Positions 23,901 to 38,745 of a stretch of DNA of 64,000 nucleotides are shown here, piece by piece. Below the pieces are notes generated by a model. It searched no databases, had not been told where the DNA came from, and saw only the letters and a list, made by a program, of their open reading frames with translations. Source of the DNA: the human T2T-CHM13v2.0 reference genome, Homo sapiens. The stretch is from assembly GCF_009914755.1 (NCBI RefSeq), contig NC_060926.1. One strand, written 5' to 3'. Position 1 is the first letter of the stretch. Each line of letters opens with the position of its first letter. The position numbers and the translations under genes were made by a program.

Positions 23901-26900
23901 AATAATAGTGGAGAACTTCAATACTCCACTGACAGCACTAGACACAGGTCATCAAAACAGAAATCCAACAAAGAAAAAATAAACAGATATTCAGAACAAA
24001 TGAACATAATAGATATTTACATTACATTCTACTCAACAACAGCAGAATATACATTCTATTCATTGGCACATGAGCATTCTCTAAGATAGACCATATGATA
24101 GGCCACAAAAAAAGTCTTAATAAATTTAATAAAATTGACATTATAGCAAGTACTCTCTCAGACCACAGTGGAATAAAATTAGAAATTAACTCCAAAAGGA
24201 AACCTCAAAATCATGCAAACACATGGAAATTAAATAACTTACTCCTTGATGATTGCTGGGCTAACAATGAAACCAAGAAGAAAATTAGAAAAATCTTTGA
24301 ACTGAATGATAATAGTGACACAAACTATCCAAAAGAGCACAAATAGACAATCTAAGGTCATACCTCAAAGAACTAGAGAAACAAGAAAAAAAAAAAAACT
24401 CCAAACCAAACAGAAAAAAACAAATAACAAAAATCAGAGCAGAACTAAATGAAATTGAATCGAAAAACATACAAATAATGAAAAAAAGCTGTTTTTTTTT
24501 TGAAAAAATAAACAAAATTGATAGGCTATCAACAAGATTTAGTAACAAAAGAAAAATTGCCAACAAAAAACATCCAGGACTAGGCAGATTCACAGCTAAA
24601 TTCAATCAGACATTCAGTGAAGAATTGTTACAAATCCTATTGAAACTATTCCAAAAGATAGAGAAACAGGGACCCTCTCTAAATCATTCTATGAAATCAG
24701 TGCCACCCTAAAACCAGGAAAGGGCATAACAAGGAAAGAAAACTACAGGCCAATATTCCTGATGAACATAGATGCATACTATTCTAAGAAATACTAAATA
24801 ACCAAATCCAACAGCATATCAAAAGGTAATTCACCATGTTCAGGTGGGTTTTATACCAGAAATGAGGGATGATTTAACATGTGCAAGTCAATAAATAAGA
24901 TATACCATGTAAACAAACTTATGAACAAAAATTATATGATCATGTCAATAGATACAGAAAAAGCATTTGACAAAATCCAACATCCCTTTACGATTAAACC
25001 CTCAGCAAAATGAGCATAGAAGGGACATATGTTAAGGTAATAAAAGCCATCTATGACAAACCACAGACAACATTATATTGAATGGGGAAAGTTGAAAGTA
25101 TTCCCCTGAGAACTAGAAAAAGACAAGAATGCCCACTTTCTCCTTATCTGTTGAACATATGACTGAAAGTGCTAACAAGAGCAATCAGGCCAACTCAAGA
25201 AATAAAGGGAATCCAAATTGGTAAAGAGGAAGTCAAACTGGCGCTGTTCACCCATGATATAATCATATATCTAGAAAGCCCCAAACATTCATCCAAACAG
25301 CTCATAGAACTGATTAATGAATTCAGTAAAGTTTCAAAATACAAAATTAATATACACTAATCAGTAGCACTGCTACACACCAACAGCAACCAAGCTGAAA
25401 ATCAAACCAAGAGCTCAATTCATTTTACAATAGCTGCAAACAAAAACAAAAACAAAAAACCCTAGGAATATATCTAAACCAGGAGGTGAAAGACCTCTAC
25501 AAGGAAAACAACAAAACACTGCTGAAAGAAATCATAGATGACACAAACAAATGAAAACACTTCCCATGTTCATGGATAGGTAGAAACAATATTGTCAAAA
25601 TGACCATACTTCCAAAAGCATTCTACAAATTCAATGCAATGTCCATAAAAATGTCACCATTATCCTTCACAGAACTAGAAAAAAAATCCTAAAATTTAAA
25701 TGGAACCCAAAATTACCCACATAGCCAAAGCAAGACTAAGGAAAAAAAAAAATCTGGAGGCATCACATTAGCTGACTTCACACTGTACTGTAAGGCTATA
25801 GTCACTAAAACAGCATGGTACTGGTATAAAAATAGGCACATAGACCAATGGAACAGAATAGAGAACCCAGAAATAAACCCAAATACTTACAGCCAACTGT
25901 TCTTTGACAAAGCAAACAAAAACATAAAATGTTTTATGAAAAAAGGCCGCCCTATTTAACAAATGATGCTAGGATAATTGGCAAGAAGAATGATATGGGG
26001 TCCTCATCTCTCACATTACACAAAAATCAACTTAAGATGGATCAAATACCTAAATCTAAGACCTGAAACCATAAAATAATCTAGAAGATAACATTGGAAA
26101 AACCTTTCCAGACATTGGCTTAGGAAATGACTTTATGACCAAGAACCCAAAAGTAGATTCAACAAAAACAAAGATAAATAGATGGGTCTTAATTAAACTG
26201 AAAAGCTTCTGTACAACAAAGGAAAGAATCAGCAGAGAAAACAGACAACCCAAAGATTGGGAGAAAATCTTTGCAAACTATGCATCCGACAAAGTACTAA
26301 AATCCAAAATCTACAAGAACTCACACATATCAGCAAGAAAGAAACAATCCTATCAAAAAGTAGGCTAAGGACATGAATAGACGTTTCTCAAAAAAAATAT
26401 GTGAATGGCCAACAAACATGATAAAATCCTCAGCATCACTAATTATCAGGGAAACGCAAGTCAAAACCACTGTACAATACCATCTTACTCTTACAAAAAT
26501 GGTCATAATAAAAAAAATAGATCTTGGCATGAATGTGATGAGAAGGGAGCACTTTTACACTGCTGGTGGGAATGTGAACTAGTACAACCACTATGGAAAA
26601 CTGTTTGGAGATTCCTTAGTTAAATAAAAGTAGATCTATCATTTGATCCAGGAATCCCACCACTGGGTATCCACCCAGGGAAAAAGAAGTCATTATCTCC
26701 CCAAAGGAATATAAGTCATTCCTCGAAAAAGACACTTGCGTATGCAAGTTAATAGCAGCACAATTCACAATTGCAAAAACATGCAACCAGCATAAATGCC
26801 CTCAATCAATGAGTAGATAAAGAAAAATGTGGTATGTATGTATGTGGTATGTATATATAATGGAATACTACTCAGCCATAAAAAGGAATGAAATAATGGC

Positions 26901-27220
26901 ACTCGGAGCAACCTGGTTGGAATTGGAGACCACTATTCTAAGTGAAGTAACTCAGAAATAGAAAACCAAACATCACATAAGCTATGAGGACTTAAAGTCA
27001 TAAGAATGATACACTGGACTTTGGAGACTCAGGGGATAGAGTGGAAGGGGGTGAGGGATAAAAGACTACACGCTGGGTTTAGTGTACACTGCTTGGGTGA
27101 TGGGTGTACCAAAATCTCAGAAATCACCACTCAAGATCTTATCCACGTAACCAAATACCACCTGTTCCCCCAAAACCTTTTGAAATTGAGAATAAAAATG
27201 AAAAGAAGAAGAAAAAAAAA
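20950..27220 (+). mobile_element. Near full-length, decayed L1PB (5'UTR, ORF1, ORF2, 3'UTR, A-tail) with internal deletions
   Basis: 5' end gaggcaggactaacttgcagctcccactcagatggacagag. ORF fragments include MMNRIVPHISK..., MIGHKKSLNKF... and [14 protein letters not shown]. 3' end gggtgagggataaaagactacac...aaccaaataccacctgttcccc plus an A-rich tail. TSD-like aaactacactgag / aaacacattgag. Confidence 0.92.
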
Positions 27221-27650
27221 CACATTGAGATATTATGTCACCTCATTGAAAATGGCTTTTATCCAAAAGTCAGGCAATAACAAATCCTGGTGAGGATAAA
27301 AAGGGAATGAAAAGAGAGGCCCTGTACACTGTTGGTAGGAACATAAATTAGTACAACCCTATAGAGAACAGTATGGAGGTTCCCAAAAAAATAAGTAAAT
27401 AAAGCTGCCCTATGATTCAGGAATCCTACTATGTGGGTATTTGTCAAGGGAAATGAAATCTGTGTGTCAAAGAGGTATCTGCACTCCCATGTTTATTGCA
27501 GCACTATTTACAATAACTAAGATTCAAAAGCAACCTAAATGCCTATCGACAGACCAATGAATAAAGAAAATGTGGTACATACACACAGTGGAGTACTATT
27601 CAGCCATAAAAAAGAATGTGATCCTTTCATTTGCAATAACACAGATAAAA
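27220..27650 (+). mobile_element. Continuation of the L1MA interrupted by the L1PB
   Basis: Resumes the ORF2-end consensus at gagatattatgtcacctc... exactly where 20940-20950 stopped. Confidence 0.82.
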
Positions 27651-27654
27651 ATGA

Positions 27655-27919
27655 AAAACAAGGTGAAAGGAGAGCAGACATGTCATATGGTGAGAGAGGG
27701 AGCATGAGAAAAAGGAGGAGTTGCCAGGCTCTTTATACAACCAGCTCTTGCATTAACTGATAGAGTGAGAACTCATTCATTACTGCAGGAATAGTACCAA
27801 GTCCTTCATGAGGATCCATCCCCATGACTGAAACAACTTCCACTAGGCCTGACCTCCAACGTTGTGTGGATGATATTTCAATATAAGAATTGGAGGAGAC
27901 AAATATTCAGATTATATCA
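27655..27919 (-). mobile_element. MSTB-like LTR, partial
   Basis: aaggtgaaaggagagcagacatgtcatatggtgagagagggagc...acaaccagctctt...ccactaggcctgacctccaac...attatatca. Confidence 0.8.
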
Positions 27920-27929
27920 TACTTTCTAT

Positions 27930-27990
27930 TTTGGTTCCTCTTTGTGGAAGAGGCACATACTAGCTGCATCTAATCAGCCATCTTGAACCT
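27930..27990 (-). mobile_element. Short L1M 5'-terminal fragment
   Basis: Reverse complement ggttcaagatggctgattagatgcagctagtatgtgcctc contains a YY1-type AAGATGGC start. Confidence 0.55.
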
Positions 27991-28108
27991 CACCTCTGTT
28001 TTGTTTTGTTCTTTTACTTTTACATCACCATTTACATTACTGGTTTCCTTCTTATTTATTATAATAGGGGTGAAATTCAAGGCTTTCAAACACATTCTTA
28101 AGATTTGA

Positions 28109-28453
<345 letters not shown>

Positions 28454-28769
28454 TTATGAACATCTCATGGTAGTATTAGAGTGAATGAAGAATACGGGGG
28501 ACTGCTTGAAGTATAGAAGAGTTTATTGTTATTTTATCTCATACATAATTCCTGTGGGGTTTATAATTGCATCTTCCCTATTTTGAGATGATATAGTATC
28601 TGGATTTTGAGTTGAGAGTAGAAATTGTGGTTGGAGGCATTCTATTCTTTCTTACATATTTTTGGCTGAATATTACATGAAAAAAAACATTGCTGTATTG
28701 AGTATTTTATGAACTGACCTCTGGGCTGACTTTTCTTAATTCTCTTCTATTTGAAACCATATTACCTAG

Positions 28770-28970
28770 AATCAAACTGATTTGCCACTTACCAGTTCTA
28801 TAATATTTGGCAAATGACTTTATCTATCTGTGCCTCAACTTTGCCATTGATTAAAAGGGGGTAAAAATGACAACCTACCTCAAAGTGTTGTTATAATAAT
28901 TAAATCGATTTATATATAAAGCAATTATAATGGATAAATGATTCAGAGAAAGGACTATATATCTGTTTGC
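28770..28970 (+). mobile_element. MIR SINE
   Basis: ttggcaaatgactttatctatctgtgcctcaacttt...acctacctcaaagtgttgtt. Confidence 0.7.
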
Positions 28971-30329
28971 CATTAGTTTTATATACCTATAATCAGTGTT
29001 TATTTCTCAGGCACTTACATCTATATTCTATTATTAGATTATCTGCCAGTCCTAGTTTTCTCTCTCTCCATTTAACAAAATGTTAGAGAGACCATCTTAA
29101 TTGCTACTAACCAGATGTCATTTTGAAGAAGGCATGCCAATAAGAGGCCAGCAATAAGATGTTTCACAGTGGAATATAAAACTCCTCCCATTAGCAAATT
29201 TGTGGCAGAAAAATTAAAATCCAAATATTACATGTCCTTATTAACTAATGTTCACATATCTAAATACTTTGAAGGTTTAAGTTAAGAGAAATTCAGGCTC
29301 AGAATTCTTCCTTCAAATTTCATAGTCTATTCAGTTGCAATTAGGGGTTTCCAAAAGATTCTTAAATTCATCAGCTGGAGCCTGGTCTGTACTACTTTAT
29401 GGGTGTATTCCTTTCAAAGTCTCAGAATTCAAAACAAATTTTCTGATGTGCATCACTTTTCAAGGAATCCAAAGATTTAACATAATACAAAAGCTTATCA
29501 TAGCATTGATCTAACATGAGCAGACCAAATTCTGGTCTTAGCATTACCGAGATATCAATAGATTTATAGTAGTTATCTGGAATCCATGAACCATGAACTC
29601 AAATCACTTTGAAGAACTAGCCCATTCTGGTAATAATTTTAAACTATGAATCACTTTCTCTCTTCTCAGAAAGTGGTATTGGAGGCCCTTTTTTGTAAAA
29701 TTACATATTTTTCATCAATGGCTCTTACTTTAGGAAGCTTTCCTACATATACAAATTTATTATTATACTTTGGCTTTGAATTCTGAGTTATTTACTACTA
29801 ATTGATGCATTGAGCATAGAGCCGAAGTTTCTGTGCTCTCTTTGCAGCGTTTGTGGTTCTTGCCATTGTCCCTTCCTAGGAAAATGCTCAGGCCAAAGAA
29901 AAGTGTTCTATTTCTTCCATATTTTTGAGGGGCTGAGCAAACTTGGATGAGTTTTTAACATGCCAATCTGTTTCTTGTGTTTTTTCTTCCTTTATATACA
30001 TAATTAGTTTTTGTTGCTAGATTTGACTGTATTTTTCCTTATTCTTTTTATTCCCTTCTGGCGTATTTATTTTCCCCATATAACTCTAAATTTTGTACTG
30101 TGAATTTTTCTATGGGCCATATAAGCTCAATGAATTCTGAGTTGGCCAAAAGCATCGTCCTGAATTCCTGATCTTCCTCGCTGCTAAGCTGAATAATCCC
30201 ATGCTTGAGATATCCTTCCCCCTCCATGTATTTTTTTAAACATGGTGTAAAACAGGCTAGCCATACTCTCAACTAAGATAAATACAGAGAAAGCAGCAAG
30301 CATCTGTCCAGCCTGTCCTGTAATGACCA

Positions 30330-31240
30330 TCTTCAGACAAATCAAAGAACTGGTGATAAAAAATTTCCCTTTATATAAGAATCACAGCTAATAAATTGAA
30401 GGGGAATGAATGATACTCAAATGCAAGAGAATGGATCAAATCAAGGACAATCAATGTCTGCTAATCCATTAGGTACAAGATTATTTGAACTTTAAGACAG
30501 AGATATGAGACTGACACAACTTGAACCTGTGGTTCAACCTTTACTAAGAATATACAAATGGAAATAATTGAAACTATATAAATGTATTAAAAGTTTTTGT
30601 ACCTGAATCTAAATGTATCTCTACATATACCCCTTCTCCAACTTATGAGATATTCAGGAGATAGAGGAACATGTTAAATAGTATTACATTTTGCAGAGTG
30701 TGAAAAATTACACCAGAGAGATGACCTGGTTTCTACAACATATAAATGGAGAAAAAAAGAAGTATAGGAAGGAACTGCTCCAGATAAAAAGAGATCTCAG
30801 AGAATATCAATCCAATTCAGTGTGTGACTTCGGTTGGACTCTTATTAAAATGAACAATTTTTGGAAAACTTTTGGGCAAAGTAAAATGTGATCTGTGTGT
30901 TTGATGCTAATAAGAATTTTATATTAATAATCAATGATCGAATAATTACATATTAAATGAAAAGCCATTTATTTGTTTAAAATAATGATTAACATTGAAT
31001 GTGTTCATGGTATTTTTGTTAAGTTTACAAAATCCATATGTGTTACAAATACTAGTATGTTTATATTTGACATGATTGGATTCTCAAGAGTTACTACATA
31101 ATGCTCTAAAAGAAAGGGTGGTGCTGGGGTTGGATGGGGGGCCAAATTAAACAAATATTGTTGGTTCTGGGTCCGAGAATGTTTATTTCACTACTGTCTC
31201 TATTTTTGTGTATGTGAAAACTTCCATTGTAGAACATTAA
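30330..31240 (+). mobile_element. Old L1 (L1MC/ME) 3'UTR
   Basis: Degenerate 3'UTR ending tttatttcactactgtctctatttttgtgtatgtgaaaacttccat. Confidence 0.6.
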
Positions 31241-31666
31241 TTTACAGAGGCACAGTGTATAATCCACATGAATCCAGGCAGGTATCCTCTCCTTGTACAG
31301 TTTCCTATATGAGTCCTAAATACAGTTCAAACATCAAAAGGAACTGAATTTTGGGGAGCCTATTGATACTGCAAACCTAGGCTTTTCATTAATAATTTAA
31401 AGCTAATACCTTAGTGTTCAATAGATTGGGTGACTGCATACTATATCATCCAGGCAACACATGTTAAGCAGGATGGAACAGGAGGCCAACAACATAAAAG
31501 AGGGAACATCCCAGGCAACCAGTCACATAAGGATACATTACTGATATGCAGTTTAAAGGAGCTGCTTACAGATTCAGCTGAAAAAAGAAAAAAAAAAAAA
31601 CAACTACCCTTATTCTTAACAAGATTTAGTCAGTATCAGTTTTTTTTTTTTTTTCTTTTGTTGTTG

Positions 31667-31799
31667 TGGTGGTGGTGGTGGTGGTGGTGGTGGTGGTGGT
31701 GGTGGTGGTGGTGGTAGTGGTGGTGGTGGTGGTGGTGGTAGTGGTGGTGGTGGTAGTGGTAGTGGTGGTGGTGGTAGTGGTAGTGGTGGTGGTGGTGGT
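31667..31799. repeat. Interrupted (TGG)n/(CCA)n trinucleotide repeat, 44 triplets
   Basis: (TGG)16 TAG (TGG)7 TAG (TGG)4 TAG TGG TAG (TGG)4 TAG TGG TAG (TGG)5, preceded by poly-T and (TTG)n. Confidence 0.98.
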
Positions 31800-32595
31800 T
31801 TGTAACTACCGGCCATTCTGCAACTGTGCCGTTCAAGAACAGATGTTTGTAACTTGTATGTGATCACTGTTGTGATTGTGAAGCTCACCTAGCTTCAGGT
31901 CACATGCACCTTTCCATCTCCCTACATGCTCAGTCCTTGCCTGGAGTTTGGCTAAGTCATACTTGGTCTTGAATGTATATAAACAGACACTCCCGAATGG
32001 AGAAAGCTGCCATGAGCTATAGAAGTCAAAATATCATGTCACCTCAGGCTTTAAGTTGCTTGGGCAGGATGCAGCAAATTGTCAGTGTAAGAATAGCCAT
32101 GCCTGGATACACAAAATGCTTAAACTTTAAGTGTGGTTTTGCATCCAAATTCCACTTACGTTTACTTTCCAAGGTTTGTAGGCCAATGTACCTAGATCTA
32201 ATATGCCATTTAATTAAATTTATCTCAAACCTACACCCACCTCTAATATGATCATCAATTGCAAAGATAGATCTTTTATCCATTGGTAAAAGACACATAT
32301 GTTTGTGTTCTGCAGCCATATCCAAAGAGGGAAAAGCAGAGACTGATTTAAACTGGCCTGTGTACTATCCCAAACTCACCAATCAAATAAGTCATTTCCT
32401 CCCCCAGGAGAGGGGAACCAAGGATGTCCTTCCGCATGAAAATGTCAGAACGAGAAAGAGAAGAAAAGGAAATTGTTGAAGAATCTAGGAGTGTTTGAAA
32501 GAGGAAGAGACTGCATTGTGCTCCCCAGATCAATGGTTGATAAGCTGAAGTTGTCCTCACACCATTAAGAGACACAGTGGTAAATCACATGATAG

Positions 32596-32931
<336 letters not shown>

Positions 32932-33584
32932 TAAAAAAGGATGAGGTGAACTGCCTTGGTCAGACTCTGAGAAATACTCACAGTTCCTCCTTCCTCCTGG
33001 CCAAGTCCTTGAAGAATCAAAGCAGCAAATAAACAAGGTGGAACAAGAGTGAAAATGAGAATGCATTTATCTTCTCCACTGAACGACCCCAAGTCCTGTG
33101 TCAGGGCTGAGGTAAGGAGAGATGAGAGTCTTTGAGCTGAATGTGTGATTGAATCTTTGATTTAAACTAGCTGGAACTCTTGAATACTAAAATTCAATCT
33201 CAGGTATTAAAATTTGTATTTTCTCATAATAAAAGTTAACTATAAATCTGTGGGATCTGTTGAGGGCACAGAACACTTCCAACAAAGTATATTTGAGAGC
33301 AACATAAGTGAGAAAAATAGACATGTTTTGTTTGTACACCTGAAGTCCAGTCTGTCAATAAGTTGGCTACTTATTTTCATTATCACAAAATTTTATCTAT
33401 CAATTCCACCCACCTATTTTAGTAAGGCCTTAGATTTTATGACCTATCATTGCTTTCTCTTATAAAAATACCAAATTAAGACTACTCTGTAAGGGTTTTT
33501 GTTTGTTTGTTTGTTTATTTGTTTGTTTGTTTGTTTTGGTTTTTATATCCCAACCACTCATGCCAGAACATAGGCTGTTTGGTT

Positions 33585-33750
33585 CTTTTTTTCTTTTTTT
33601 TAGACATGGTCTCACTCCTGTTGTCCAGGCTGGAGTGCCGTGGCATGAACTTGGTAGCTCACTATAGCCTCCACTTCCTAAGCTTAGGTGATCCTCCCAC
33701 TTCAGCATCCTGAGTAGCTGGGACCACGAGCAACCATGACCACACCCAGC
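33585..33750 (-). mobile_element. Old Alu right arm (FRAM/AluJ); (GTTT)n nearby at ~33495-33540
   Basis: ggtctcactcctgttgtccaggctggagtg...tgatcctcccacttcagcatcctgagtagctggg. Confidence 0.8.
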
Positions 33751-34699
33751 AGTCGGTTCTTACAGTTTCATTCTCTATTCTTACTAACAGACAAGTCTTA
33801 GTCAGTATGGCCGGGTAGCTATAATAAAGACAGTATGAAATTCCCAGTGAATCTACCCTAAATTTCTCCCCTTCTTCATTTTCTCTTGATTCCATACCAT
33901 CTGAGTCATTTTCTTTAACCCTAAATTGAAAAAGAAGCATGCTCAAGACTAGGTCTTGATTCATGCCTATGTTTTTATTTCCTCTTTCCCCTCACACTGC
34001 TGATAAACAGATATTGTCAGTGGCTAGTGTTAGATAGGCTCATAAATGACAAAAAGAAAGAAAAATAAATGGGGATCTCTGAGTAGCAGTGACTAGTAAA
34101 GTCTAATAAATTAGTCAAAGACAATACAGACAGACATCATTCACCACAAACAATCACATAACGAAAGGAGTATGGCCTCATGCTGACCAATTTAAGAAGC
34201 AGCTGAGGAAAGAGGCAGAAGGTTCTGTCACAATGTGGCTTTAACTTCACCCCACTTTAGAATTTGTGGGTGATCATGGATCCTGAGAATCCTTACACAC
34301 ACGTTGATTTGGAGAGAAATGGAGAGAGTGATCATGCTTATCTCTTCTCTCTTCCTACTGTCAAGAGGATGGTATGTGAGGTGAGAAGTAAGAACAAAAA
34401 GCTCTGCTGGGGAGAAATAAGTGAAATTAAGGATACCAACAATAGAAAATTATTCTTTCTGATAGAAACATGGGATTCAAGGTTCTCCAAAAATGAGGAA
34501 AATATTTGAATTCATGAGACTTGCCCCCATAAAAGCAGAATGACCAGACATCACTAGGATAAAGGATCCCTTCCCATAAGAGATAAATAAACATTTACTA
34601 CAATTTGCTTTATTTGGGGTAAGAACTATCCTCCTCTACCTGTCTCACCAACTTACTATTATGCCACAAAGAAGATAATCAAATAACATACCTAAGTCC

Positions 34700-36400
34700 T
34701 CAATCCACAGTGTAATGAAATAAATAATAACCATACATCAAGCTAACAAGTAAATAAAGGAACCTACCCTATGTGTTAAGAAAATCTAGACTGAGTTGCT
34801 AGCATTAAGCGTTATCAATAGTAAAGAAAAAGGCACAACAACTCAGTATACATTTTACAAGAAAAAAATAAATAACTATTTTAAAAAGAAATACTACCTC
34901 AGTTAAAAATATAGCCCTAGGAACAAAATGCATTTCCCCATGCATGAAAACTTAATAAGTGTCATGAATCATTACAAATAAAACTCAAAGGTGAGATAAT
35001 ATTAAAATAAAATATTATAAAAAGGATATTATAGAGATAGAAATAAAGTAAAAACCCAAAATAATACTGATTATAGGACACTGAATAATTTAGAAACATC
35101 GAGAGACAACAAAGGGTTAGATTAAAGTCAAATTATAAAATAAGGGGAGGTTTGAGAAAATCATACTGAATTCAGGATAAAATGACAGAAAGATTAAAGC
35201 GATAAAAATGAAGGTGATAATCTTAAATATCAGACAGAAATGATCCAAAATAATTTTCATCCTTGAAGTAGAACCCCAAAAGTGAGACAGAACCTAGCAT
35301 TAGAATGTACAATAGAAAGAAAGAAAGGTAAAATTTAAAATACATTATAAAATATTTCAGTAAAGTAGTAGCTAATGGGCAATTGGCAATGCTAAATGAG
35401 TAATTTACTGAATGTCAAATATGAGGAAAGCATTTTTCAGGTAATTGGGCAGAATAAAACAAGTCACCTATAGTGGAAAAATAAAAATTCAATCTTGCCT
35501 TGAATTTCTCTACAACAACATTAAATATCAAAATATGATGGTGCAATAGCTACAAAGTTCCAAGGAAAAATGAAAACCGAAGCCAAGATTTTATACATAA
35601 TTAAATTGTCCTTCAAGTATAATAAAACAGGACAAAATAATAGAAAACGTGTTATTTCCAGGCATGCAGAAACTCAAGGAATAGAGTATTTATGGGCCAT
35701 TTTTGAAAGAAAAAAATAAGCAAACTTGATAAATAACTCCAGTCAACTAAGTGATGAAGCAAAACAAAATAAAATGTGAAATGGAAAACTTGTCATAAAA
35801 GTACTGGCTGACAACAGTGAATCCATTTAAAAATAGAATAATTACCAAACATCTCTGGAATTGAAGATTGTAAAATGGAATACGGATTTTATCAACTTCA
35901 ACAATATATAAATAATAATGTAACTTAAAAAAATTGGCAAGTGAGGGAGAGTAGAGGGAAAAAGAAGAGTCTATCTAGCTAATCGTTTTAAACATGGATC
36001 ATAAACCATTCTCTAAAATTGGAACTGGCAGTTGAAAAATATACTTCCATCTATGAAAGATTTAAGGTAGCCCAATAACCTTTATTAACCATGCATATTT
36101 CTTTTAGGTGAAAAAGCTCACCTAAACTATATTAATTTATTGAATGAAAATTTTGTTTCATTAAAAATAACAATATAGCATGATGCAATTTATATGAAAT
36201 TGTTTTTGATCTCATTAAATTTATTCAAATAGAGACATAGAGAAAGCCATGTCTATAATGAGGTTTTTCTAAAGTTAACAATGGCAGTCGATGGAGTTTG
36301 GGAAGATTTTATACTTTCCCTTTAACATTTGTGCTTTTCTGTATTACTTAAATTTTTATATTGATTTTTTGTATTCAAATGAAATTATGTTTTCAAAAAC
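34700..36400 (+). mobile_element. HAL1 / ancient L1 ORF1-like remnant
   Basis: A-rich. aagtcacctata...aatttctctacaacaaca...aagattttatac...aattgtccttcaagtat resemble decayed ORF1 C-terminal motifs and are followed by an L1-type 3' end without ORF2. Confidence 0.55.
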
Positions 36401-38299
36401 AATGAAGTCATTTTAATTAGAAAGTATATAGAGTGATTTTTATATGTTTACAGCTACTTCCAGCTATAAACATAAGCCAGAATGTATGCCTGGTTAAAAT
36501 TTTTATAATCCAAATATACATATTTAAGTATTCTTTTGCCCCTTTGTTCCTTCAGGTCTCCTTTTTCTTTATAAGTACAGACAAAATTAAAGAAAAGCTC
36601 TGCCCAGGCATTATAGACTTCCTATTATCTAGCCCCTTTCTGCCTTGTTTTCCCTCAGGCAAATATTCTTGTTGAAGTGACTACTTTTTGTGCCTGAACC
36701 CCATCCTCCCTAGCCCTTTCTTACTACATGAAGTAAGGCGGCTGCCTCTGAGTGTGAGTTCCCGGTGCCTCCTTTCACCTCACTTCAGCCTATGCCCTCC
36801 GAATGAGTCAGTCCAGCGCTCAAACTTTTTACTTATCAAAGTCCTGTTTCTTTACAGTTTCCAAATGTCATATCCACTAAAAAGTTTTCTTGTTTGATTC
36901 TAGCACATCAATTTTTACCTTTTTTTTCTGAATTCCAATATAAATTATTTGATATTTAGAATAGAAAACCTTTTCTCTGTCTATCTAGAGAGAGGCCTGT
37001 TGTAGACATACATATTTGCTGCTGCCCTACATAGACTTTGAATCTCTCAAATGCAGGGAACGTATTTTATGTATCTGTGGGCTTCGAATTGTGGACAATT
37101 CACTTTACATTGTAGATATTTAGAAAAAGTTTATTTAAAATCATTAGGATGCTCATTTGAATTATGTCTTTACTCATCAGGCTTCACTATGTTTCCAGAT
37201 TGGCCCCGTCAGAGGCAGTACAGAATGAAATGTGTGTATGTCTGATGTGTAGTTTACTATATCCCTTCTTTCTATATGTATGACTTAGAAGAATTGTGAC
37301 AGGTACTACATTTTCTCAGATGCTAGTGCTTAAATTTTCACAAATCAGCTACTGACTTTAAAGTGTTTGTTCTATTAATAAGTGCACATGAAGTCACACA
37401 CAATGTCCCCTTTAGGATGAAATAAATTGTATAAATACTGTTGAAAACAATCCCCAAATTAGATATTTCAGACATCCTGATGCAATTCCTGGCTTTTCTT
37501 ATCCAAATTTCTCTTGGTCTCTGCATTTTGATGTTATTTCGAGTTTGGAGAAACTTCCTAATATTTCTTTTGCCTGGGGTTGAGCATGGTGAGTGACAAT
37601 AAAATGAGGTGAAGTCATAACTTCATATTGACATAGATTGTTTAAGAAGGGAGAAAAACATAAATGATCACTTGTTTATTTATTGTGAAGCTGATTTTGT
37701 GAGCTCGCTAATAATAAGTTGCATGCCTGGATCCCTAAGTGTTCCAGTAGATGTGTGCCATTGTTTCTATCTGACAACTTACTAGCCTTAGACTAAAACT
37801 ATCATAAATATAATTAAGATATTAAATTTAAGCCAACAGTAAAAACACTGGTTATCAACCCGATGGCATAGCAGTTGTATGCTTTTGCCTAGAAATGCAC
37901 ACCCAAAAAAAAAAGTTGGCCTCTTTATTTCTGAAATCTACCTATATAGTAACTTGTCAGATAAGCCTATAGTTATTTCCAATGTTGCTGAATAGGTAGA
38001 AATTGAAAAAAAGAGAGATATATACATAATGATTCCTCACATTCAAATTAACATAGAAGCAGAAAAAGTGTTTTTATAAGGAATGTGTATGTTGTGTGCA
38101 GAAAACAAATGACCTGAGAGTATTAACACCAGAGAAAAACTATTTTCTCAATTCAGACAAAATTTTGCAGTTTCAATTTGCTTTATCCCCACAGTGCTAA
38201 AGGCTCATTTTTGGTGAAGAGACTTCTAGCAGAGAAAAGGTGCAGATTCTGTAAGCAGAATAGATTTCAAAGAAAGAAAAAGTAAGTTGAAGGGAAATA

Positions 38300-38745
38300 T
38301 AGTGTATTAGTCCTGTTAAAAAAATACTGCACTGCAGGAAAAAGAGAGAGAGAGAGAGGGGGAAAAGGAGGAAGAGAGGAGTCAGAGAATCTCGAATCTC
38401 ATTACTTCACATAAAATTTTATTTCTTGCTCTCGTGACGTGTGTTAGGAAGGCAACTTTCTAGGGCAGAAACTTTATCAAGAATGACTTGATTGTGTCTC
38501 TGAGTGTCAACCATCTCAATTCTAGGCATCTTTAATTGCTTGAGTAGAGGAAGCGATTGACTGGAAAATTGTGCAAAAACTTGGAAGTAGCACATGTCAT
38601 TTTTGCGTGCATTTATTTGAACAGAACTATCCACATGGCCAGCCATGCACACAACAAAAGAGTATGGGAAGTATAGTTTTCCATAAACCTGAGAAAGAGA
38701 AATATGAAACTGGATATGGTGAACACATAGCATTGTTTCCACCAC
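38300..38745 (-). mobile_element. MLT1-type MaLR LTR remnant
   Basis: gaagtagcacatgtcatttt...ccacatggcc...gggaagtatagttttcc...ggatatggtgaacacatagcattg. Confidence 0.55.

Noticed and set aside
20950-27220. Full-length L1 as a potentially active element
   Set aside because: ORF1 and ORF2 carry many stops, frameshifts and internal deletions.
31430-31888. Poly-Pro, poly-His, poly-Val and poly-Trp ORFs
   Set aside because: All are translations of the (TGG)n microsatellite, with no coding context.
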